Shown: positions 1 through 12,648 of the stretch, in pieces
Layout of the letters: each line of letters begins with the position of its first letter
Numbering within the stretch: position 1 is the stretch's first letter
Source: Mizuhopecten yessoensis
Taxonomy: Eukaryota
Direction of reading: 5' to 3'
DNA length: 64,000 nucleotides
Assembly (NCBI RefSeq): GCF_002113885.1
Contig: NW_018408136.1
Span: forward strand, 1,083,734 to 1,147,733
Notes under the pieces: model-generated
Databases searched by the model: none
Seen by the model: only the letters and a program-made list of their open reading frames with translations
What the model was told of the DNA's origin: nothing
Program-made: the position numbers and the translations under genes

Positions 1-235
1 CCGTATGTAGTGTGTACACATCATGTTGTATGTGTTGTATGTATGGTGTACACATCCTGTGGTAGGTGGCGTATGTATGGTGTACACATGATCAGCGTTT
101 GTCTTAATACTGTACAATTGTAGAATGATACCATATGTTTTGATCCCATTCTAGTTCTTGTAATGCTGTACAAAAATATGTCAGTGTATACCTTCCTATG
201 TGTTAACATTCTGGGGTGATAGTATTAAAGAATAA

Positions 236-1411
236 AGGACCTGTTACAGGAACAAAAGAATTTTGCCCACAAAGCAATTTAACCATTACTGGGTTATAAT
301 TGTAGCTCCCTGAGGTGTACGACAGGAGTCACTTTTTTGTCCAAGAAACTATCGAAACAATGTTTTACGCTATCAAATAATATTATTTTATTTAAAGTAG
401 GATCTGCTGCAAATTATGAACTCAAATATGTTACAAAAAATTGCATGATAAAAAAATCATTAAATCTTAAACACTAAAAATGTTGGTATTTTCATACACT
501 TGTTTGCTACATCAATTGCTTTACGGAAGCAAAACACCAATTTTCGGTTCATGTACACCAAAAATCTTTTACTTTTATTTGGTGCATTATGTTGAGAGTT
601 ATTGACGATTTATTTTGACATTGGTCATACACATACTATCCTTAGTATGACACATTTACCGCATACCGATCTTTTCGAAATTTCTACTCTCGTCAGTCAA
701 CATAATGAAACTTTGATGTTTATGAGACTGCATAACCTTTCCATTTTGCAACATTTAGCTTTATAATTGGGCTCATCATGAGCAGCAGATCTTATTGAAA
801 TTTGATCAGTTGCGATAATAAATTGGTGCGACATATTGTTAAATTATCAAACATGACTATAGATCATAAGGTTGTTGGATTTTATTTGGAAATAGACCTT
901 GCTACAATTTGACATTTATATGACAAATTTACCGGTTCTCAAATTTTCTGAAATTTTCACTATCGTATCTCAACATAATGCACCAAATAATATTAAAGAT
1001 TTTTGGTGTACAAGAACCGAAAATTGGTGTTTTGCTTCCGTAAAGCAATTGATGTAGCAAAAAAGTGTATGAAAATTCCAACATTTTTAGAGTTTAAGAT
1101 TTTATAAAAAAAAATATTATGCAGTTTTTTGTAACATATTAAAGTTCATAATTTGCAGCAGATCCTACTTTAAATAATATAAAATTATTTAATAGCGTAA
1201 AACATTGTTTTAATAGTCTTTTGGACAAAAAAAAATGAACCCTGTCGTACACGTAGAAGGCATCACTAAATAGTTCATAGCACAGGCCCTCGGGACCTTT
1301 TTAATTTTTTAAAAATATCTCATGGGTCGTGTCCTAGGGAGCCACAAATATAACCCAGTAATGGTTAAATTGCTTTGTGGGCAAAATTCTTTTGTTCCTG
1401 TAACAGGTCCT
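236..1411. mobile_element. Non-autonomous fold-back DNA transposon with ~360-bp terminal inverted repeats (Kolobok-like)
   Basis: 236-~598 is the reverse complement of ~968-1411 (AGGACCTGTTACAGGAACAAAAGAATTTTGCCCAC... / ...GTGGGCAAAATTCTTTTGTTCCTGTAACAGGTCCT). It is flanked by ATAA (232-235) and TTAA (1412-1415). AG..CT termini with a TTAA target resemble Kolobok. No ORF. Confidence 0.85.
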
Positions 1412-1499
1412 TTAAAAAAAACATAACAACAACGACAATTGTTAAACAACAAGCACACATACACCAACCTGTCGTGTATTGACCACGGGCGGGTTGGAG

Positions 1500-2671
1500 A
1501 CGCTTTTTTTGTAGCGAGTGTCACATAGTTGGTCGCTTCGAAATGCACCTACAAGAAAGTTGGTTGGTGTACTTCCTGTGAGAAGATGCTGTGACAAATC
1601 TGATTATATTATTTGTATTGTGTCTGTGGTTCTTATCTTGTAATGTCAGCTTTACGAAGGTACACGTATATTCAGATTGATTGGTGGCGTTTCGATTGCT
1701 TATTGAAATATATTTTTATATTGTATAAACAACGTTGAGATGCTCTATGGCTAGTGGTCACTCTTCCTCACCGTACGTCTGAGGGAACGGAATGAGTCTA
1801 AGTTGGAATTACTCATCATGGCTCAGTAGTTCGCCACTATCGATTAATAATCATCCAGTTTACGGTAGTTGAACAAGACAAGACATGGCGTCTAAATAAA
1901 ATAAAAAACACCGTCGTTAAAGTACGATATATAGGACACGAATGGTGGTTCATAGGTCATGCTTGTCGAAATCAGAAACAATTGATAACAAATACAGGTA
2001 TTCTGTGAACGGTAATTTTTGAACGTTAATCAAAAAATGTGAGTGCATAATTGGGGTAGGAATTGTTGTGAAATATATATTCCGTCTTATTATGGTCCTT
2101 ACATTGTCGTTGCCCACAGGTATGTGGGTCAGGAATGCTTTTGAAGATTTGTGACGATTTCAATTTGTATGTTTTTTTCCTGTTACAAGCTACTTCGAAC
2201 TTGTTATCCCAAAGTAATTTAGTCACCTCGGGCACTGCTATCAACTACCTTTGTTTTCTTGGCGCTTTTACGTGAAACAGGAAATGACAGAATCCCTCGT
2301 CCGTCAGGTGACTTGTGTCACTGATAGATATCCCTATCGATACAAACAACACAAGACAGATCATTTAGTCCCAATTTCAATTTGTAAACAAAACATTAAG
2401 AACGACCTTGACCTTTTAAAAGTTTTTCTTACAAGTGAATTCGTATTGGTTCTGTGATTTTAATGTCAGAAAAAGCTGTGAGGACGCATGGTAAGATGGA
2501 TGGGGAATCGTTAAGTGTCGGGGAGTACGTACAGGGGCATATGTGGGTTACATCTGTCGCCTTTGTGTCACCTTCTTGTCGATCAACGTCCGATTGCCTT
2601 ACATGCACATCTGTATTATAGTACACGAAGTTCACATCCTCAGCGATAGACAAAAACTGAGAGGTTTTCAT
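1500..2671 (-). pseudogene. Heavily decayed Mab-21/cGAS-like nucleotidyltransferase (cGLR) pseudogene
   Basis: Minus-strand translation gives motifs in Mab-21 order: SIAEDVNFVYYNTDVHVRQSD (~SxAEG..DxDFM), CP-YVL with a frameshift (~PGYV), DEGFCHF..QR*LIAVPEVTKLL (~GCHxV..EWRISFSxAEKLL), INCF*FRQA*PMNHHSCPIY (~NCF..W....CPNYF), and FLVGAFRSD..VTLAT (~LLIG..SD..WLxLAT). Many stops and frameshifts. Match made by eye only. Confidence 0.4.
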
Positions 2672-3153
2672 GAATGTTAAAGTGTAATTAATGGTATAAA
2701 AATGCTACATTTCAATATTTTACTCAGTGGATGGTAACAATAATACATTTTCACACCAGAAAGGATTCATTTTACTAAAATCGAAGCTGCCTATTTGCTT
2801 TTCAGATGCAGGGAAAGCAACGATAAAATACATACTCGAGTTTATACCCCTTTGGAGCATTAACGTAGGTGCTTAAATAACTGTATCGTTTATGTACTTA
2901 AATCTCAACAAAAAAATCGAATGATGACATTGAGGAACCCTTTCAAAATGGCGCGTATTTTTATTGTCGATAGGGATGACACTATAATATAAGGATGTAT
3001 GGTAAGAAATGTCGCTTTAGGACTACTTTCATGTGGTGCTAGGCGTCCATTTTGTGTTGATTACGATTTTTTCAAGCTGTATCTTTTGGGTCTGTCTTAC
3101 GTGTCAATTTGGATAAGTCGTGATTTCCCTTTTGTATTTTTGTTTCGTTAAAA

Positions 3154-6100
3154 TGTGTGTTGACCCTGTGGTATGATTTTGTCCCTGTGTGTTAACCCTG
3201 TGGTATAATTTTGTCCCTGAGTGTTGACCCGGTGGTAACATTTTGTTCCTAAGTGTTAACCCTGTGGTATGATTTTGTCCCTATGTGTTGACCCTGTGGT
3301 ATGATTTTGTCCCTGTGTATTGAGCCTGTGGTATGATTTTGTCCCTGTGTATTGAGCCTGTCATATGATTTTGTCCCTTTGTGTTGACCCTGTGGTATAT
3401 CTTTTCGCTATGTGTTGACCCTGTGGTATGATTTTGTCCCTATGTGTTTATCATGTGGTATGATTATGTCCCTGTGTGTTGATCATGTGGTATGATTTTG
3501 TCCCCGAGTGTTGACCCTGTGGTATGATTTGTCCCCATGTATTGACCCGGTGGTAACATTTTGTTCCTAAGTGTTAACCCTGTCATATGATTCTGTCACT
3601 ATGTGTTGACCCTGTCGTATAATGATGTCCCTTAGTGTTGACCATGTGATATGATTTTGTCCCTGGTTGTTGACCCTGTCGTATGATTTTGTCCCTATGT
3701 GTTGACCCTGTGGTATGATTTTGTCCCTATGTGTTGACCCTGTGGTATGATTTTGTCCCTGTGTGTTGACCCTGTGGTATGATTTTGTCCCTGTGTGTTG
3801 ACCCTGTGATATGATTTTGTCCCTATGTGTTGACCCAATCGTATGATTTTGTCCCTATGTGTTTATCATGTCGTATGATTTTGTCCCTGTGTGTTGACCC
3901 TGTGGTATGATTTTGTCCCTGTGTGTTGACCATGTGGTATGATTTTGTCCCTATGTGTTGACCCAATCGTATGATTTTGTCCCTATGTGTTGACTCTATG
4001 GCATGATTTTGTCCCTGTGTGTTGACCCTGTGATATGATTTTGTCCCTATGTGTTGACCCAATCGTATGATTTTGTCCCTATGTGTTTATCATGTGGTAT
4101 GGTTTTGTCCCTGTGTGTTTATCATATGGTATGATGTTGTCCCTGAGTGTTGACCCTGTCGTATGATTTTGTCCCTATGTGTTGCCCCAATCGTATGATT
4201 TTGTCCCTATGTGTTGACCCTATGGTATGATTTTGTCCCTATGGGTTGACCCTGTGGTATGATTTTTTCCCTGCCTGTTGATCATGTTGTATGATTTTGT
4301 CCCTGTGTGTTGCCGCAGTGGTATGATTTTGTCCCTATGTGTCGAATCTATGGCATGATTTTGTCCCTGTGTGTTGACCATGTGGTCTGATTTTGTCCCT
4401 ATGTGTTTATCATGTCGTATGATTTTGTCCCTTTGTGTTGCCCCTGTCGTATATTTTTTCGCTATGTGTTGACCCTGTCGTGTGGTTTTGGCCCTGACTG
4501 TTGATCATGTTGTATGATTTTGTCCCTGTGTATTGACTCTGTAGTATGATTTTGTCCCTATGTGTTGACTCTATGGCAGGATTTTGTCCCTGTGTGTTGA
4601 CCATGTGGTCTGATTTTGTCCCTATGTGTTTATCATGTGGTATGATTTTGTCCCTATGGGTTGACCCTGTGGTATGATTTTTTCCCTGACTGTTGATCAT
4701 GTTGTCTGATTTTGTCCCTGTGTGTTGACTCTGTGGTATGATTTTGTCCCTGTGTATAGACTCTATGGCATGATTTTGTCCCTGTGTGTTGACCATGTGG
4801 TATGATTTTGTCCCTATGTGTTGACCCTGTGGGATGATTTTTTCCCTGACTGTTGATCATGTTGTATGATTTTGTCCCTTTGTGTTGACTCTGTGGTATG
4901 ATTTTGTCCCAATGTTTGACCCTATGGTATGATTTTGTCCCTATGTGTTGACCCTGTGGGATGATTTTTTCCCTGACTGTTGATCATGTTGTATGATTTT
5001 GTCCCTTTGTGTTGACTCTGTGGTATGATTTTGTCCCTATGTTTGACCCTATGGTATGATTTTGTCCCTATGGGTTGACCCTGTGGTATGATTTTGTCCC
5101 TATGTGTTGATCATGTCGTATGATTTTGTCCCTGTGTGTTGACTCTGTTGTATGATTTTGTCCCTATATGTTGACCCAGTCGTATTATTTTGTCCCTATG
5201 TGTTGACCCTGTGGTATGATTTTGTCCCTGTGCGTTGACTCTGTTGTATGATTTTGTCCCAATGTGTTGACCATGTTGTATGATTTTGTCCCTGTGCGTT
5301 GACTCTGTGGTATGATTTTGTCCCTATGTGTTGACCATGTGGTATGATTTTGTCCCTATGTGTTGACCCTGTGGTATGATTTTGTCCCTATGTGTTGATC
5401 ATGTCGTATGCTTTTGTCCCTGTGTGTTGACTCTGTTGTATGATTTTGTCCCTTTATGTTGACCCAGTCGTATTATTTTGTCCCTATGTGTTGACCCTGT
5501 GGTATTATTTTGTCCCTGACTGTTGATCATGTCGTATGATTTTGTCCCTGTGTGTTGACTCTGTTGTTTGATTTTGTCCCTATGTGTTGACCCAGTCGTA
5601 TGATTTTGTCCCTATGTGTTGACCATGTGGTATGATTTTGTCCCTATGTATTGACCCTGTGGTATGATTTTGTCCCTGTCTGTTGAGCATGTGGTAAGAT
5701 TTTGTCCCTGTGTGTTGACCCTGTGGTATGATTTTGTCCCTGTGTGTTGACCCTGTGATATGATTTTGTCCCTATGTGTTGACCCTGTGGTATGATTTTG
5801 TGCCTATGTGTTGATCATGTCGTATGATTTTGTCCCTGTGTGTTGACTCTGTTGTATGTTTTTGTCCCTATGTGTTGATCATGTGGTATGATTTTGTCCC
5901 TATGTGTTGACCCTGTGGTATGATTTTGTCCCTGTGTGTTGACTATGTGGTATGATTTTGTCCCTGGGTGTTGACTCTGTCGTATGATTTTGTCCCTGAA
6001 TGTTGACCCTGTGGTATGATTTTATCCCTGTGTGTTGACCCTGTCGTATGATTTTGTCCCTATGTGTTGACCCTATGGTATGATTTTGTCCCTATGTGTT

Positions 6101-7998
6101 GATCATTTGGTCTGATTTTGTCCCTGAGTGTTGACCCTGTTGAATGATTTATCTCTATGTGTTACATGTAACCATGTGGTATGATTTTTTTCCCTTAGTG
6201 TTGATCATGTGGTATGATTTTGTCCCTGAGAGTTTATCTTTTGGTATGATTTTGTCCCTATGTGTTTATCATGTCGTATGATTTTGTCCCTGAGTGTTGA
6301 CCTTGTTGTATGATTTTGTCCCTATGTGTTTATCATGTGGTATGATTTTGTTCCTGCGTGTTTATCACGTTTTTTGATTTTGTTCCGGAGTGTTGACCCT
6401 GTTGTATATTTTTTCACTCTGTGTTGATCATGTCGTATGATTTTGTCCCTATGTGTTGACCCTGTCGTATAATGATGTCCCTGAGTGTTGACCATGTGAT
6501 ATGATTTTGTCCCTGGTTGTTGACCCTGTCGTATGATTTTGTCCCTATGTGTTTATCATGTGGTATGGTTTTGTCCCTGTGTGTTTATCATATGGTATGA
6601 TTTTGTCCCTGAGTGTTGACCCTGTCGTATGATTTTGTCCCTATGTGTTGACCCAATCGTATGATTTTGTCCCTATGTGTTTATCATGTCGTATGATTTT
6701 GTCCCGGAATGTTGACCCTTTGGTATGATTTTATCCCTGTGTGTTGACCCTGTCGTATGATTTTGTCCCCAAGTGTTGACTCTGTGGTATGATTTTTCCC
6801 TGTATGTTGACTCTTTTGTATGATTTTGTCCAAATGTGTTGACCGAGTCGTTTGATTTTGTCCCTATGTGTTGACCCTGTCGTATAATTTTGTTCGTATG
6901 TGTTTATCATGTGGTATGATTTTGTCCCTGTGTGTTGACCCTGTGGTATGATTTTGTCCCTATGTGTTGATCATATGGTATGATTTTGTCCCTGTGTGTT
7001 GACCCTGTCGTATGATTTTGTCCCTATGTGTTGACCCGGTTGTATGATTTTGTCCCTATGTGTTTATCATGTGGTATGATTTTGTCCCTGTTTGTTGACC
7101 CTGTCGTATGATATTGTTCTTATGTGTTGACCCTGTCGTATGATTTTGTCCCTATGTGTTTATCATGTGGTTTGATTTTGTCCCTATGTGTTGACCATAT
7201 GGTATGAATTTGTCCCTAAGTGTTGACCCTGTCGTATTATTTTGTCCCTATGTGTTGACCCTGTTATATGATTTTGTCCCTATGTGTTGACAATATGCTA
7301 TGATTTTGTCCCTGTATGTTGACCATGTGATATGATTTTGTCCCTGTGTGTTGACCCTGTCGTATGATTTTGTCCCTGTGTGTTGTGCATATGCTATGAT
7401 TTTGTCCCTGTGTGTTGAACCTGTGGTATGATTTTGTCCCTATGTGTTGACCCCGTTCTAAGATTTGTCCCAATGTGTTGACCCTGTCGTATGATTTTGT
7501 CCCTGAATGTTGACCCTGTGGTATGATTTTATCCCTGTGTGTTGACCCTGTTGTACGATTTGTCCCTATGTGTTGATCCTGTCGTGTGATTTTGTCCCTG
7601 AATGTTGACCCTGTGGTATGATTTTATCCCTGTGTGTTGACCCTGTGGTATATTTTTTCACTATGTGTTGATGATGTCGTATAATTTTGTCCCTATGTGT
7701 TAATCATGTCATATGATTTTTTCCCTGAGTGTTGACCCTGTGGTATATTTTTTCACTATGTGTTGATAATGTCGTATGATTTTGTCCCTATGTGTTGATC
7801 ATGTCGTATGATTTTGTCCCTGACTGTTGAGCCTGTTGTACGATTTGTCCCTATGTGTTGATCCTGTCGTGTGATTTTGTCCCTGAATGTTGACCCTGTT
7901 GTACATATGTCCCTATGTGTTGACCATGTGGTAGGATTTTGTCCCGGTGTGTTTACTTTATTGTACTATTTGGTCCATATTTGTTGACAATATGGTAT
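3154..7998. repeat. 32-bp minisatellite array (~150 copies), consensus GACCCTGTGGTATGATTTTGTCCCTATGTGTT
   Basis: Period of 32 bp (e.g. GACCC at 3672 and 3704). Edges are degenerate. The short minus-strand ORFs are repeat translations. Confidence 0.98.
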
Positions 7999-9093
7999 CA
8001 TGTTTCTATAAGTGATGGTGTAGTGCATGATATTATATGTATAATATAGGCTGACAAACACCCAGGTGGCTTTCTTTGTTATTATACCATACATCAATTG
8101 AAGTTTTATTATTTGCTAAATTTTGGTTAAATAAAGGAAACTTGCTCATTAAATCATTAAATACCGGGCATTTATCGAATAGGATGTCAATATAGCACAC
8201 CTGTACGGCGAATTGAATGTTAGAGCTCCACGTGTACGGCCTCACAATGATCATACTTTATGTAATGGGTTCACTAGACGCTTCTCCAGTTACTCACAAG
8301 TATGTGTTTAAGTCGACCTGAACATTCACTGATTCATTCAAAAACAAACAGTTTTATTTCTAATGGATGTTCCGACATTCTCATTTATCAGATCACGAAT
8401 GCGATACGTTTCAGACCAGGATAGCTTCATTCTGGCTATAGTTAATTTGCCTTTGTTCCGCACCGATGTTAAGAATGTGGACAACCCCTACGTCGGATAG
8501 ATAGGGTATCGAGTGGTTTCCGAGTACTCAAGTCGTTATGGTGCAAATAGGGACAGAATGTGGTATTATTTATAAAAAAAATATACATCAAACTTGTCTA
8601 TAAACCAAGATAGCACGCAACCTACCCGATATTGACGAGTCATAATTGATATCGACCCATGTGTGCATCCTAATCGGAAGTGCTTACACCATTTAATGTA
8701 CATAGCGGATTGGAGCAGGGTAAAAATATCAAAGTGATGTTCTTGTCCCTCTTGGGGACGTCAAACAGGTACGCTTGTAGTTTCCGTATATAAACAATGT
8801 CAGTTGTTGCCAATACGGACATTCCAGGTCTTAGACAGAAATGTACACCATGTACAAAAATATTCACGCAAGTAGTTCACAAAATGATTTTACTCGAGAT
8901 AATTAGGTCAAAATTCGCATGATAGCCGAGAAATCAAGATAATTAAGTTGACTATCATCATGACAATTTTAGCGATTTAATGATGTCATATATAATTAAA
9001 GGGTAACAGTATTATGTCATCATATCTTCGTCTTTGTTACAGGATCAGTACGCCTGGGAACACGGTACAAATGAGCACCAATAGTCAGTTATT

Positions 9094-9455
9094 GCGATAG
9101 TCTTGTGGTAGGACGCCGGGCTCGTGACCGAAGGGTTGCGGGTTCGAGGTACGACACGGCACTGTGTTGCATCTTTTAGCAAGATACTTCACTCCGCTTG
9201 TTCCAGTCTACGCAGCTGTAAATGAGGACGTGGTTAGGCAGTGCTAGATTTGTAGAATGCTAGCTGTGAGCGCCGAAATGGCATCACCGGCTGTATGCTC
9301 CCCAGGGAGTTGAGAACGATATTAGCTGGTTGCAAAGGCCCTATAACCACGGATAATAATTTGTGAACCGCTTTGAGACGACCTACGAATTCGAACTAGG
9401 TTGTGATAAAGCGGTATATAAGAACCTCGAATTATTAATTATATTGTTATTATTA
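9094..9455 (+). mobile_element. tRNA-derived SINE with CORE-like centre and L2-type 3' tail
   Basis: A box TAGTCTTGTGG (9098-9108) and B box GGTTCGAGG (9141-9149). CORE-like CTGTGTTGCATCTTTTAGCAAGATACTTCAC...CAGCTGTAAATG follows. The tail is GTGAACCGCTTTGAG...AAAGCGGTATATAAGAA plus (TAT)n-like sequence. Confidence 0.8.
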
Positions 9456-9585
9456 ATGAAATTGCAATTACAGTATGTATCAACGTCTTACTTCTATCAT
9501 ATGTTTTACGGTATGAAACCAATAATGTGTACATTGTATTTTACCCTTTCTTCCTGTTTCAGAATTGACGAAAGGTTGGAGAAAC

Positions 9586-9652
9586 ATGACTATTTGTGAA
9601 GATATTTCCATACTTATTCTCAGTTTTATTTTATTTTTAAATATTTGTCGCC
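9586..9652 (+). CDS. Candidate signal-peptide exon (MTICEDISILILSFILFLNICR, phase-1 donor)
   Basis: Strong acceptor CCCTTTCTTCCTGTTTCAG ending at 9562, ATG at 9586, a hydrophobic core, and a weak donor C|GTGAGG at 9653. Confidence 0.2.
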
Positions 9653-9884
9653 GTGAGGATACCTTATACTAATTGTGCATGGCTGGAAACTTCAGTCGTA
9701 AGAACTATTCCATAACCAACAATTAGCTGAGTTCCTGTGATAAGTAGATAATTTCACAGCGTTACTTCTATGAGCAAAAAAAAGGCAATTTTAAATACAG
9801 ATAATTGCAAAGTAACCACTCATATCTTGAAAACTTGCTTCCTGTAGAAGCCAAATTCTATGAAAGCATGTGTGGTCGTTCTTC

Positions 9885-12403
9885 ATCCCCCTGGGACACC
9901 CGTTATAATGTCTCCTGTTAAATCTCACTGGGACACTCGTTATAATGTTTTCCTGTTAAATCACCCTGGGACACTCGTTATAATGTTTTCCTGTTAATCC
10001 CCCGGGAACACTCGTTATAATGTCTCCTGTTAAATCTCTCTGGGACACCCGTTATAATGTCTCTTGTTAAATCACCCTGGGACATCCGTTACACTGTCTC
10101 CTGTTAAATCTCACTGGGAAACCCGTTATAATGTCTCCTGTTAAATCCCCTGGGACAACCGTTATAATGTCTCCTGTTAAATCCCCCAGGGACACCCGTT
10201 ATAATGTCTCCTGTTAAATCCCCTGGGACAACCGTTATAATGTCTCCTGTTAAATCTCCCTGAGACACCCGTTATATTGTCTCCTGTTAAATCTCTCTAG
10301 GACACCCGTTTTAATGTCTCCTGTTAAATATCCCTGAGACAACGGTTCTAATTTCTCTTGCTAAATTTCCATAAGACACCCGTTATATTGTCTCCTGTTA
10401 AATCTCTCTGGGACACCCGTTATAATGTCTCATGTTCAATCTCCCTGGGACACCCGTTATGATGTCTCCTGTTAAATCTCCCTTGGACAACCGTTATAAT
10501 GTCTTCTGTTAAATCTCCACGGGACACCCGTTATAATGTCTCCTGTTAAATCCCCCTGGGTCACCCGTATTAATGTCTCCTGTTAAATCTCCCAGGGACA
10601 CCCGTTATTATGTCCCCTGTTAAATCCCACTGGGACACCCGTTATAATGTCTCCTGTTAAATCTCCCTGGGAAACCCGTTATAATGTCTCCTGTTAAATC
10701 TTTCTAGGACACCCGTTTTAATGTCTCCTGTTCAATCTCCCTGGAACACCCGTTATGATGTCTCCTGTTAAATCTCCCTGGGACACCCGTTATAATGTCT
10801 CCTGTTAAATCTCCCTGGGAAAACCGTTATAATGTCTCCTGTTAAATCTCCCTGGGAAACCCGTTATAATGTCTCCTGTTAAATCTCCCTGGGAACCCCG
10901 TTATAATGTCTCCTGTTAAATCTCCCTGGGAAACCCGTTATAATGTCTCCTGTTAAATCTCCCTGGGACAACCGTTATAATGTCTCCTGTTAAATCTTTC
11001 TAGGACACCCGTTATATTGTCACCTGTTAAATCTCTCTGGGACACCCGTTATAATGTCTCATGTTCAATCTCCCTGGAACACCCGTTATGATGTCTCCTG
11101 TTAAATCTCCCTTGGACAACTGTTATAATGTCTTCTGTTAAATCTCCACGGGACACCAGTTATAATGTCTCCTGTTAAATCCCCCTGGGTCACCCGTATT
11201 AATGTCCCCTGTTAAATCCCACTGGGACACCCATTATAATGTCTCCTGTTAAATCTCCCAGGGACACCCATTAAAATGTCTCCTTTTAAATCCCCCTGGG
11301 ACACCCGTTACAATGTCACCTGTTAAATCTCCCTGGGACACCCGTTATAATGTTTCCTGTTAAATCTCCCCGGGACACCCGTTATGATGTCTCCTGTTAA
11401 ATTTCCCTTGGACACCCGTTATAATGTCTCCTGTTTAATCCCCCCGGGACACCCGTATTAATGTCTCCTATTAAATTTTCCAGTGACACCCTTTATAATG
11501 TCTCCTGTTAAATCTCTCTGAGACACCCGTTATACTGTCTCCTGTTAAATTCCACCTGATACACCCGTTATACTGTCTCCTGTTATATTCTCCTGGGACA
11601 CCCGTTATTATGTCTCCTGTCAAATCCCCCTGGGACACCCGTTAACTGTCTCCTGTTAAATCACCCTGAGACACCCGTTAAAATGCCTCCTGTTAAATCT
11701 CCCTGGGACACTCGTTATATTGTCTCCCGTTAAATACCCCTGGGACACCCGTTATAATATCTCCTGTGAAATCTCCCTGGGACAACCGTTATAATGTCTC
11801 CTGTTAAATCTCCCTGGGACACCCGTTATAATGTCTCCTGTTAAATCTCCCTGGGACACCCATTAAAATGTCTCCTTTTAAATCCCCCTGGGACACCCGT
11901 TACAATGTCACCTATTAAATCTCCCTGGGACACCCGTTATAATGTCTCCTGTTAAATCTCCCCGGGACACCCGTTATGATGTCTCCTGTTAAATTTCCCT
12001 TGGACACCCGTTATAATGTCTCCTGTTTAATCCCCCCGGGACACCCGTATTAATGTCTCCTATTAAATTTTCCAGTGACACCCTTTATAATGTCTCCAGT
12101 TAAATCTCTCTGAGACACCCGTTATACTGTCTACTGTTAAATTCCACCTGATACACCCGTTATACTGTCTCCTGTTATATTCTCCTGGGACACCCGTTAT
12201 TATGTCTCTTGTCAAATCCCCCTGGGACACCCGTTAACTGTCTCCTGTTAAATCACCCTGAGACACCCGTTAAAATGCCTCCTGTTAAATCTCCCTGGGA
12301 CACTCGTTATATTGTCTCCCGTTAAATACCCCTGGGACACCCGTTATAATATCTCCTGTGAAATCTCCCTTGGACACCCGTTATAGTGTTTCCTGTTAAA
12401 TCT
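9885..12403. repeat. 37-bp minisatellite array (~68 copies), consensus CTCCCTGGGACACCCGTTATAATGTCTCCTGTTAAAT
   Basis: Period of 37 bp (10774, 10811). Contains a higher-order block duplication with a 592-bp offset. Confidence 0.98.
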
Positions 12404-12404
12404 C

Positions 12405-12648
12405 GGAAAGTAGAACATGTAGGACACTGTTAACACGTTTGTTAGTGCGTGTGGTTGGAAATAAAACGATCACATAATACGTTTAACATGTTTGAGTAAA
12501 AACATCAGTCATTTCATATCAAATTATCACGTTTTATATGCGAAATCCCTCTGTTTTGCAGCTTCAGAAATGGAAAGCTTGGTTTTCACTAAATGTCACT
12601 AAACGTGTGGGAATCATTAGAAACAGTGTTCTACATTATGTAGCTTCC
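12405..12648. mobile_element. Small MITE-like element with imperfect terminal inverted repeats
   Basis: ATGTAGGACACTGTT (12417-12431) and AACAGTGTTCTACAT (12622-12636) are 14/15 complementary. Outer GGAA../..TTCC and inner ACACGTTT/AAACGTGT also pair. Confidence 0.5.

Noticed and set aside
8670-8760. TPFNVHSGLEQG as a LINE RT motif (GVRQG-like)
   Set aside because: A single weak motif with no neighbouring RT motifs.
9094-9160. tRNA gene
   Set aside because: A and B boxes are present, but there is no acceptor stem and the sequence continues into SINE body and tail.
3154-12403. 32- and 37-bp repeats as CRISPR arrays
   Set aside because: Units are head-to-tail with no unique spacers, there are no cas genes, and the context is eukaryotic.
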